A stretch of DNA of 54,801 bases. Origin: Parvularculaceae bacterium. Lineage in GTDB: Bacteria; Pseudomonadota; Alphaproteobacteria; Caulobacterales; Parvularculaceae. Made by a program: the position numbers and the translations under genes. Below are positions 47,204-54,801 of the stretch, piece after piece. The stretch is from assembly GCA_020446725.1 (NCBI GenBank), contig JAGRED010000198.1, positions 1 through 54,801 on the forward strand, given 5' to 3'. How positions within the stretch are numbered: position 1 is the stretch's first letter; each line of letters begins with the position of its first letter. The notes beneath the pieces are model-generated. The model ran no database searches. It worked only from the letters and a program-made list of their open reading frames with translations, and had not been told where the DNA came from.

Positions 47204-50188
47204 TTGTCACAACGTACATCCAGGTCAGCGCTTTTGGCGTCGACCATGCTGCTGGGCGTCGGCCTGCCTTCGCTGGCCGTCGCTCAGGAAGCCGATGACG
47301 AAATCGTCGTCACCGGCTCACGCATTCCTTCGGCCAACGCGGTTGCGGCCAGCCCGGTCACCACGATCGGCAACGTCGAATTCGACATCCGCGGCACAAC
47401 GCGCGTCGAAGATCTCGTCAACACCCTGCCGCAGGCCTTCGCGGCCCAGGGCGCGAACACCTCGAACGGCGCCACCGGCACCGCTCAGGTCGACCTGCGC
47501 GGCCTCGGCGCCAACCGCACGCTCGTGCTGGTTGACGGCCGTCGCCTGCAATACGGCTCGGCGATTTCGTCGGCGCCTGACCTCAACCAGATTCCGGCGA
47601 ACCTCGTCGAACGGGTTGAAGTCCTGACCGGCGGCGCCTCGGCCGTCTACGGTTCGGACGCCATCTCGGGCGTCGTCAACTTCATCATGATCAAGGACTT
47701 CGAAGGCGTCCGCCTTGACGCGCAGCTGTCCGCCTATCAGCACAACAACAACAACGAACTCGCGCAAAACGTGCTCGGCACGCGCAACATCACGCCGGCG
47801 GAAAGCGCTTTCGACGGTGAAGGTCAGGAAATCAACCTGATCGTCGGCGCCAACACCGAAGACGGCCGCGGCAACGTGACCGCCTATGCCGGCTACCGCA
47901 ACAACGACGCCATCCTGCAGGGCGACCGCGACTATTCGCAGTGCGCTTTTGCCGGCGGTTCGTTCACGGCTGCGCGTCCCTTCGGCTTCGGCTGCGGCGG
48001 TTCGGGCACTTCGCCCGCCGGCACGTTTGCGACGCCGAACGGCACCTGGACGCTCGATGAAAACGGCCCGGGCAACACGTTCCGCCCCAGCGACGTGTTC
48101 GTCAACCCGACGTCGGCCGACGCCTACAACTTCGCGCCGTCGAACTTCTATCAGCGTCCGGACGAGCGTTATACGCTCGGCACGTTCGCGCATTACGAGG
48201 TCAACAAGAACCTCGACATCTACATGAACACGGCGTTCTACGACTATCGTTCGGACGCCCAGATCGCGTTCTCGGGCACGTTCTTCGTTCCGACCTCGAT
48301 CAATTGCGACAACCCGTTCCTGAGCACCACGCCGGGCGCGGCGGTCGGCGGCGCAAGCCAGCTCGACATCATCTGCGGCAACGGCACCCCGGGTTCGGGC
48401 GTGACAACCGGCACGGCGACGCTGTATCCGGGCCGCCGCCTCGTCGAAGGCAATCCGCGGAACAACGCGATCCGCAACACGTCCTATCGCATCAATGCGG
48501 GCGTGCGCGGCGAAGTCGTGGAAGGCTGGTCCTACGACGCCTTCTTCCAGTATGCGACGACAATCGCGTCGAACCAGTACCAGAACGACGTGCAGGTCTC
48601 TCGCCTGCTGCGCGCTCTTGACGTCGTCGACGTCGGCGGCGTCCCGACCTGCCGCTCGGTCGTCAACGGCACAGACCCGCTCTGCGTCCCGCTGAATATT
48701 TTCCAAGCGGGCGGCGTCACGCCGGCGGCGGTTAGCTATGTGTCGGTTCCGTCTTTCCAGACCGGCGCAACGCGCCAGTATATGGGCCAGATCAACCTGA
48801 CTGGCGATCTTGGCCAGTACGGCATGAAGTCGCCATGGGCTGAAGAGGGCATCGGCATCGCCGGCGGCATGGAATGGCGGAAGGACGCCCTCCAGTACGA
48901 TCCGGACGGGCTCTTTACCTCTGGCGACCTTGCCGGACAGGGCGGGACCTCGCCGGCAGTCAACAACTCGATCGAAACCACCGACTTCTATGTCGAAACG
49001 CGCATCCCGCTGGTTTCGGGCATGGCTTTCGCCGAGCATTTCGATTTCCTCGGCGGCTATCGTCACTCGGACGTCTCCACGGCGGGTTCCTACTCGACCT
49101 GGAAACTTGCGGGCGACTGGCAGATGATCCCGGAAATCCGGGTTCGCGGCGGCTGGCAGCGCGCAGCGCGTGCGGCCAACGTCATCGAGTCGTTTGCCCC
49201 GCAGTCGACCGGTCTGACGACCCTTCCGTCGCTGGCGAACGGTCAGTCCGACCCCTGCGCCGGCGCGGTTCCGTTCGCTTCTGCGGCGGCGTGCGCCAAC
49301 ACTGGCGTTACGGCCGGCCAGTACGGCACGATCTCGTCTTCGCCGGCCGCGCAATACAACGCGGTCTTCGGCGGCAACCCGAACCTCGCGCCGGAAATCT
49401 CCGACACCTATACGATCGGCGTCGTCCTGACGCCGGGCGATTACGTGCCGGGCAATCTGATCGTCTCGGTCGATTATTTCGACATCACCGTTGACGGTTT
49501 CGTCGGCACGATCACGCCGAACACTGCGATGACGCAGTGCTTGGCGACGGGCGATCCGACGTTCTGCAGCGTCATCCAGCGCCAGCCGGGCAACGGCGCG
49601 CTCTGGTTGACCCCGGCAGGACGCTTCATCGCCACCAACGTGAACACGGGTTCGCTTGCGACGAGCGGTCTCGACTTCAACGCCAACTGGTCGTTCGACA
49701 TGAACGAAGTCGGCCTCGGCAATGCCGGCGGTCTCGCCTTCGACTTCGTCGCGACCTACCTCCTCGACTACACGGTCGAAGAACTTCCGGGCCTCGGCAC
49801 CTATACGTGCGACGGCATCTACGCCGGCTCGTGCGGCAGCCCCAGCCCGGCATGGCGTCACAAGCTGCGCACGACCTGGGAGACGCCGATGGGCATCGAC
49901 GCCTCGGTCACCTGGCGCATGTTCTCGTCGGTTGACCAGTTCGGCGTCGCGACGCCTGACACCAGCGTCAACCTCAACCACACGCTCGGCAGCCGCCACT
50001 ACATCGACCTTGCGGCCAGCTATAACGTGACCGAGAGTTGGAATGTCGGGATCGGCGTGAACAACCTGCTCGACAAGGATCCGCCGCTGACGACTCAGAC
50101 GGCCGGCTTCTCGAACGGCAACACCTATCCGCAGACCTACGACGCGCAAGGGCGTTACCTGTTCCTGCGCACGACGATCGACTTCTAA
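47204..50188 (+). CDS. TonB-dependent receptor, 994 aa, Cys-rich
   Basis: TTG start with GGAGG RBS; signal peptide; TonB box EIVVTGSRI; plug [15 protein letters not shown]; [10 protein letters not shown]; C-terminal F. Confidence 0.95.
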   Translation: MSQRTSRSALLASTMLLGVGLPSLAVAQEADDEIVVTGSRIPSANAVAASPVTTIGNVEFDIRGTTRVEDLVNTLPQAFAAQGANTSNGATGTAQVDLRGLGANRTLVLVDGRRLQYGSAISSAPDLNQIPANLVERVEVLTGGASAVYGSDAISGVVNFIMIKDFEGVRLDAQLSAYQHNNNNELAQNVLGTRNITPAESAFDGEGQEINLIVGANTEDGRGNVTAYAGYRNNDAILQGDRDYSQCAFAGGSFTAARPFGFGCGGSGTSPAGTFATPNGTWTLDENGPGNTFRPSDVFVNPTSADAYNFAPSNFYQRPDERYTLGTFAHYEVNKNLDIYMNTAFYDYRSDAQIAFSGTFFVPTSINCDNPFLSTTPGAAVGGASQLDIICGNGTPGSGVTTGTATLYPGRRLVEGNPRNNAIRNTSYRINAGVRGEVVEGWSYDAFFQYATTIASNQYQNDVQVSRLLRALDVVDVGGVPTCRSVVNGTDPLCVPLNIFQAGGVTPAAVSYVSVPSFQTGATRQYMGQINLTGDLGQYGMKSPWAEEGIGIAGGMEWRKDALQYDPDGLFTSGDLAGQGGTSPAVNNSIETTDFYVETRIPLVSGMAFAEHFDFLGGYRHSDVSTAGSYSTWKLAGDWQMIPEIRVRGGWQRAARAANVIESFAPQSTGLTTLPSLANGQSDPCAGAVPFASAAACANTGVTAGQYGTISSSPAAQYNAVFGGNPNLAPEISDTYTIGVVLTPGDYVPGNLIVSVDYFDITVDGFVGTITPNTAMTQCLATGDPTFCSVIQRQPGNGALWLTPAGRFIATNVNTGSLATSGLDFNANWSFDMNEVGLGNAGGLAFDFVATYLLDYTVEELPGLGTYTCDGIYAGSCGSPSPAWRHKLRTTWETPMGIDASVTWRMFSSVDQFGVATPDTSVNLNHTLGSRHYIDLAASYNVTESWNVGIGVNNLLDKDPPLTTQTAGFSNGNTYPQTYDAQGRYLFLRTTIDF

Positions 50189-50213
50189 TCGTCGACTGCG
50201 ACTTCAACTCTTG

Positions 50214-50243
50214 GCGGCGGGCCTCGGCCCGCCGCTTTTTTTT
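50214..50243 (+). terminator. intrinsic terminator of the TBDR gene
   Basis: GCGGCGGGC-CTCG-GCCCGCCGC followed by T8. Confidence 0.9.
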
Positions 50244-50285
50244 GCGCACCGTTCAGCCTATGGTCCGGCGTCTTATGGAGGTTGA

Positions 50286-50873
50286 ATGATGCGTTTCGCC
50301 CTGCTGGCCGCCCTTGCATGCCTTTCCGCGCCGTCCGTCGCCCTTGCCCAAACCGGCGAGGAGGCCGTCGCCGACGTGCTCGCCTGCCAAGCGGTGAAAG
50401 GATCGAAGGCGCGCCTTCGCTGTTTCGAGGCGGCCTTGCCCGCGCTCAGCGACGCGCATCCGGGCGCCGTCGCGCTTGCGGCCGGACGCGCTGAGGCCGC
50501 CCGGGAAGCGGCGACAGAGCAGGCGAAAGAGGATTTCGGTCTCTTTCAACGGGAGGAAAAGACTGCATCGAATGAATTTGAACGAGACGCGTTCGGCGAG
50601 AATGATTTGCGGTCCGCTTCGCGCGACGAAGACGATGAAGTCAAAAGAGTCGAGGCCACAGCTGTTGAAGTCGGCAAGAACAATCGCGGCAAGATTTTCG
50701 TCGTGCTCGATAATGGCCAAGTCTGGCGTCAGGTGAACGGCGACAAAAGCACCCCGTACATTCCTAGAGACGCCGACGGCCTGCCGGTCGTCATCAAGAA
50801 AGGCCTGATGGGGAGCTATTTCATCAAGGTCGGCAAGGCGAAAGACGCCTTCAAGGCGGAACGCATCAAATAG
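50286..50873 (+). CDS. exported hypothetical protein
   Basis: GGAGG RBS; signal peptide; C-x10-RLRC pair; C-terminal beta-rich LDNGQVWRQ domain. Confidence 0.8.
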   Translation: MMRFALLAALACLSAPSVALAQTGEEAVADVLACQAVKGSKARLRCFEAALPALSDAHPGAVALAAGRAEAAREAATEQAKEDFGLFQREEKTASNEFERDAFGENDLRSASRDEDDEVKRVEATAVEVGKNNRGKIFVVLDNGQVWRQVNGDKSTPYIPRDADGLPVVIKKGLMGSYFIKVGKAKDAFKAERIK

Positions 50874-52269
50874 CCGCGGCAGGAACCGAGTCAGCCGCGA
50901 TCGTGAGACGGGTCGTGTCGCCGGAAAACGGCACAGTCCCGTGCCACATATAGCTTGGAAAGACCGCCATCACGCCTTTTTGCGGCCTGACGAAATGTTC
51001 AGGGGCGAGCGTTGGCGCCGTCGGCAGGCCGGGCTCGCCGAAAGTCAGCCAGCCGCTGCGGTCTTCAGCGTCTTTAGGCTCGGGAAACCGGAGATGGCTC
51101 GCCGATGAAAGCCAACCTTGCGGGTGAACGTGATTGACGTGATAGCCGCTTGACCGAAGTCGGATCGACCAGATGCTGAAAAGCCTGTAGCCGCCGCGAT
51201 TTCGAATCCGCAAGGGATCAGCGCCCGTTCCAAGCCGTTCAATATACGACATGACCGGCCCGCGCACCGCTTCGCCGGCAGCTTTAAGGATGGGATCGTC
51301 AATCGCTGTGAGCGACGGCAGCTGGCTGCCGTGCCGCACCGATTGGCCGAACGGGTGGGTCTTGTACTGATGATGCCGGTCAAGCGCCTCGATAAGATCA
51401 TCGACATAGGCTTCGGCTGATTTCCACCCTTTAGGGCAGGCGAGCGGAAATCCGGCGACGAAGCGATCGTAATCATAGGTCTGGAAATAGCGTTCGTCGC
51501 CGAGCAGCCGCCATGCGGTCGCCTGGAGGGCTATATAGCCCTGGTCGAGCGGAAATTCAGCGCGCAGCCGGCTGACGACACGGAGCGCCTCCAGGGGTTC
51601 GCCGACGGTCAGCAGCGCACGCACGAGAACGCGGCGAACATTGGCGTCACTCGGCAGCTTTTCGACCGCCGATCGCGCATGACGCAGGCCGGCGACAAAC
51701 TCCCCGCACGCGATCGCGGCATTCGCCGTCGACATCTCGACTTGCGGATGACCGCCGCTCAATCTCAGCGCTTCCAGCATTTCTTCATATTCGCCGCGCG
51801 CATCGCCGCAATAGCCGCGCGTCTGCGCGCGCACCATATGCAACTCAACCGATTGCGGATTGGCGGCGATCGCCCGATCGAGAAATTGCAGCGCCGCCGA
51901 AAGGTCGCCTGTCGTCATCCAGATAAGCTGGGCGTATTCTTTCTGCGCTTCGAAATTCAGCGGCTGAAGTTCGATCGTCGCCAGAAACGCCTTCTTCGCT
52001 TCTTCAACCCGCTCTTCACTGACAAGCGCGCGCGCAAGGACAAGCCGCGTCTCCGCCGCGCGGATGCCGGCGTTGATCGCGCGCGTCGCCCAATCGATCG
52101 CCTCCTTGTTGCGGCCGGCGTCGCCGAGCGCGCCCGCGAGGTTGTGCATTACGACGGGATTGCCGGGCGCCATGTCCACAATCGCCCGAAACGCCGCGAT
52201 CGCCTCATCGAAGCGACCGGCGAGTTTCAGCGCATTGGCCTGATTATTGAGTTCATTGAGGGAAGCCAC
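50866..52269 (-). CDS. TPR-repeat putative 2OG-Fe(II) oxygenase
   Basis: N-terminal TPRs; W..RL..SGYHVNHVHPQGWLSS, FPSYMWHGTVPF, RLTIA (2OG-FeII_Oxy_5-like). Confidence 0.85.
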   Translation of the reverse strand: MASLNELNNQANALKLAGRFDEAIAAFRAIVDMAPGNPVVMHNLAGALGDAGRNKEAIDWATRAINAGIRAAETRLVLARALVSEERVEEAKKAFLATIELQPLNFEAQKEYAQLIWMTTGDLSAALQFLDRAIAANPQSVELHMVRAQTRGYCGDARGEYEEMLEALRLSGGHPQVEMSTANAAIACGEFVAGLRHARSAVEKLPSDANVRRVLVRALLTVGEPLEALRVVSRLRAEFPLDQGYIALQATAWRLLGDERYFQTYDYDRFVAGFPLACPKGWKSAEAYVDDLIEALDRHHQYKTHPFGQSVRHGSQLPSLTAIDDPILKAAGEAVRGPVMSYIERLGTGADPLRIRNRGGYRLFSIWSIRLRSSGYHVNHVHPQGWLSSASHLRFPEPKDAEDRSGWLTFGEPGLPTAPTLAPEHFVRPQKGVMAVFPSYMWHGTVPFSGDTTRLTIAADSVPAAAI

Positions 52270-52359
52270 GCAGCCTAACCTTCTTGTCCATCATCCGGTC
52301 TAGTCTAAGGTGCTCGTCCCGCAGCCGGAAAGCCCCGGCCTTTACGGAGGAATGCAACC

Positions 52360-53223
52360 GTGACGTATCGCGACATGTCCGTTTTGACCCAGGACAAATT
52401 GCGTCTCAACCTGCGCGTGACCGAGGGCGGCGACGGAACGCCGGTCCTGTGCATTCCCGGACTTACCCGGAACGCGTCAGATTTCGAGGATTTCGCGCCG
52501 CTCGCCGCTGCGACAGGACGCGACGTCTATGCGATTTCTCTGCGCGGGCGGGGCCTCTCCGACTATGACGCCAACTATCTGAATTACTTCCCGCCGACCT
52601 ATGTCGGCGACGTTCTGACGGCGCTCGACCAGATCGGCCTTCAAAGGGCGATCTTCGTCGGCACCTCGCTCGGCGGCATCGTCACCATGCTGACGGCGGT
52701 GGAAGCGGCTGACCGGATCGCCGGCGCCGTCATCAACGATGTCGGCCCCGAATTCGCGCCGGAAGGGATCGCGCGGATCGCAGGGTATGTCGGCGCCCGA
52801 TCGGCGAGCGACAGCGACGGCGCGATGACGCTCGCCGATGCGATCGCTCAGATCCGCGCCATCAATGAAGTCGCCTTTCCGGGCAAGAACGATGCGTTCT
52901 GGGAGACATTTGCGCAGCGCACGTTCGAACAACGCCCGGACGGCTCATGGAAGCTCGCCTATGATCCCAATATCGGCCGTGCGATCATTGAAGCCGGTCC
53001 TGCGCCCGATCTGTGGGCGCCGTTCGCCGCGACGCGCCCTTTTCCAATGCTCATCCTCCGCGGCGCCATCAGCGACCTGCTGACGCCGCCGATTATCGAA
53101 AAAATGCGCGCGGCGCGGCCCGGGTTTGACTATGCCGAGGTCGCCAATGTCGGACACGCGCCGACACTAACGGAACCGGACGCCTGGAACGCGATTTCAG
53201 CGTTCCTTGCAAAGGTCGATTAA
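52360..53223 (+). CDS. alpha/beta hydrolase
   Basis: PGLTRNASDF, RGRGLS, GTSLGG, NDVGP, VGHAP. Confidence 0.9.
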   Translation: MTYRDMSVLTQDKLRLNLRVTEGGDGTPVLCIPGLTRNASDFEDFAPLAAATGRDVYAISLRGRGLSDYDANYLNYFPPTYVGDVLTALDQIGLQRAIFVGTSLGGIVTMLTAVEAADRIAGAVINDVGPEFAPEGIARIAGYVGARSASDSDGAMTLADAIAQIRAINEVAFPGKNDAFWETFAQRTFEQRPDGSWKLAYDPNIGRAIIEAGPAPDLWAPFAATRPFPMLILRGAISDLLTPPIIEKMRAARPGFDYAEVANVGHAPTLTEPDAWNAISAFLAKVD

Positions 53224-53226
53224 CCG

Positions 53227-53955
53227 TCAAAGGCGGTGAATGCCGCACTCGGTTTTCGAAAGGCCCCGCCAGCGACCGGCGCGAGCGTCATCGCCCGGCG
53301 CCGTCGGCGCCGTGCAGGGCCAGCAGCCGATCGATGAAAATCCGGTTTCGACGAGCGGGTGCGGCGGCAGCGCCTGCGCCGTCATATAGTCTTTGAGATC
53401 ATCTGGCGACCAGCGTGCGAGCGGATTGATCTTGATGTGCGGTTCGGCCGCCTCGGCAATCGGCAGATGCGCGCGAAGATTGCCGTGCATGCGCTTTCGA
53501 CCGGTGAACCACGCATCGAATTCCGCCAACGCCTTGCCGAGCGGACGAACTTTTCTGAGCGCGCAGCAGGCGTCGTTGTCGCGTTTCCAGAGATCGCCTT
53601 TCGGGTCTATCTCTGCGGTTTCATCCGCATCCGGAAATATGGATCTGACATTTGTCAGCTTGAGCGCGTGAACCAGTTCCTCGCGATAGGCGTGCGTCTG
53701 AACGAAGTGCTTGTTGGTGTCGATGAAAAGCACCGGCGTCGCCGGATCGACCGACGCGACGAGATGGAGCAGCGCCGCCGATTCAGCGCCGAACGATGAG
53801 ACAAGCGCAATGCGGCCGACGAATTCGCCCAGCGCTCTTTCGACGATTTCCGGCGCCGTCAATGATCCGGCTTCAGCGTCTAGGATCGCCGCCCTCTCCT
53901 CAAGAGAGGTCGGCGCATAGACGGCGCCCGGCAATTTGAGAACGGCGGCGGTCAT
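53227..53955 (-). CDS. cysH: phosphoadenylyl-sulfate/APS reductase
   Basis: SSFGAES, CCALRKV, KINPL, SIGCWPCT, RAGRW, KTECGIH. Confidence 0.93.
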   Translation of the reverse strand: MTAAVLKLPGAVYAPTSLEERAAILDAEAGSLTAPEIVERALGEFVGRIALVSSFGAESAALLHLVASVDPATPVLFIDTNKHFVQTHAYREELVHALKLTNVRSIFPDADETAEIDPKGDLWKRDNDACCALRKVRPLGKALAEFDAWFTGRKRMHGNLRAHLPIAEAAEPHIKINPLARWSPDDLKDYMTAQALPPHPLVETGFSSIGCWPCTAPTAPGDDARAGRWRGLSKTECGIHRL

Positions 53956-53962
53956 GGCTACG

Positions 53963-54427
53963 TCAGGCCGCTGCGCGCTTCGCCGCGCGCTGATCGCGTA
54001 TCGGAACGGCGCCGTCGCTCGCCGGCTGATAATAGGCTGAGTAAGCGCCAAGCGCCCGCTTGAAGCCGTCCGCATCGCCGCCGCCGATTTCGAGCGCGGT
54101 GAAGCCTGCACGAACCATGAAAAGCGCCTGATCGCAAAGGACGGCGCCGCGGGCGCGGATTTCTCCTTTGTAGCCGAGACGCTCGCGCAGGATGCGCGCC
54201 TGGCTGTAGGCGCGCCCATCCTGGAACGTCGGAAATTCAAGGATGGTCGCATCAAACCGCGTGATGATCTCGGCGATTTCTTCAACGTCCTCAGTATTCG
54301 GTAGGGACAATTCAAAACGGCCCGCTTCCGGGCGAACGCCGTCGCGCCATGCCGCCAGCGTAATCTCCTGTCCGACGGGGCGTGTTTCAACCGTGATGAA
54401 ACCGTCCTTAATGCGAAGCGTCGCCAT
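53963..54427 (-). CDS. DUF934 protein (sulfite reductase partner)
   Basis: FPTFQDGRAYSQARILRER.GY.GEIRA; between cysI and cysH; AGGAGG RBS. Confidence 0.88.
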   Translation of the reverse strand: MATLRIKDGFITVETRPVGQEITLAAWRDGVRPEAGRFELSLPNTEDVEEIAEIITRFDATILEFPTFQDGRAYSQARILRERLGYKGEIRARGAVLCDQALFMVRAGFTALEIGGGDADGFKRALGAYSAYYQPASDGAVPIRDQRAAKRAAA

Positions 54428-54801
54428 AAAGCACCTCCTTGAAGGGATCCGCGCCGAGCCGGCGATAGGCGTCGAGGAACCGTTCGCCCGGCATGCGGCT
54501 GTGTTTATAAAAATCGACAAGGCGTTCGACAGCATCGACAACCTCGCCGGAGGAAAAGCCGCGGCCCGTTATGGCGCCGATGCTGGCGTCTTCCGCGCCA
54601 GATCCGCCGAGCGTGATCTGGTAAAATTCTTCGCCTTTCTTATCGACGCCCAGAATGCCGATATGACCGACGTGATGGTGGCCGCAGGCGTTGATGCAGC
54701 CGGAAATCTTGATCTTGAGCTCGCCGATATCGGCGGCCGCGAGCGGGTCGGCGAAGCGTTCGGCGATGCGCGCGGCAATCGGAATGGAGCGGGTGTTTGC
54801 A
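54408..54801 (-). CDS. cysI: nitrite/sulfite reductase hemoprotein, 3' end (partial)
   Basis: KISGCINACGHHHVGHIGILGVDKKGEEFYQITLGG siroheme/4Fe-4S motif; runs off the window end. Confidence 0.9.
   Translation of the reverse strand, partial: ANTRSIPIAARIAERFADPLAAADIGELKIKISGCINACGHHHVGHIGILGVDKKGEEFYQITLGGSGAEDASIGAITGRGFSSGEVVDAVERLVDFYKHSRMPGERFLDAYRRLGADPFKEVLYGDASH

Noticed and set aside
46881-47298. ORFs 46881-47627 and 47083-47298 as a possible sulfated-peptide precursor
   Set aside because: Both overlap the TBDR start out of frame, lack a clear RBS and have no leader or core features
47318-50149. 943-aa antisense ORF opposite the TBDR
   Set aside because: In-register shadow of a strongly codon-biased gene; Arg/Val/Asp-rich with no motifs
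1-54801. CRISPR arrays, tRNA/rRNA, IS elements, prophage, defence systems
   Set aside because: None recognised by eye; the window is gene-dense with short intergenic gaps. A covariance-model scan would be needed to exclude small ncRNAs.

Overview
High-GC alphaproteobacterial chromosome segment. Gene content and CtrA/GANTC signals suggest a dimorphic Caulobacter-like or Parvularculaceae-like organism (inference). About 55 CDS are present; I found no rRNA, tRNA, CRISPR, integrase or transposase. Housekeeping genes include plsC with an LplT-like MFS, hisS, pgi, dsbD, ispB/ispE, ETF-QO, udg, a lytic transglycosylase, pabBAC, oxyR-ahpCD and cysI-DUF934-cysH. Three regions stand out. (1) A Tad/Cpa pilus locus, including a 56-aa Flp pilin missed by the ORF track, with a degenerate Crp/Fnr-like gene inserted between pilA and the cpaI-like gene and a secretin carrying a DxDGDG insertion. 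(2) A PYP-type 4-coumarate-CoA-ligase homolog with eroded catalytic motifs, placed as the last gene of the pab operon with no pyp or tal in the window. (3) A 12-Cys TonB-dependent receptor flanked by a TPR-sulfotransferase and a TPR-2OG-Fe(II) oxygenase, near sulfate assimilation genes, behind a promoter region containing an IHF site, a 16-bp hairpin and a perfect CtrA box. All calls come from reading motifs by eye; no database searches were run.
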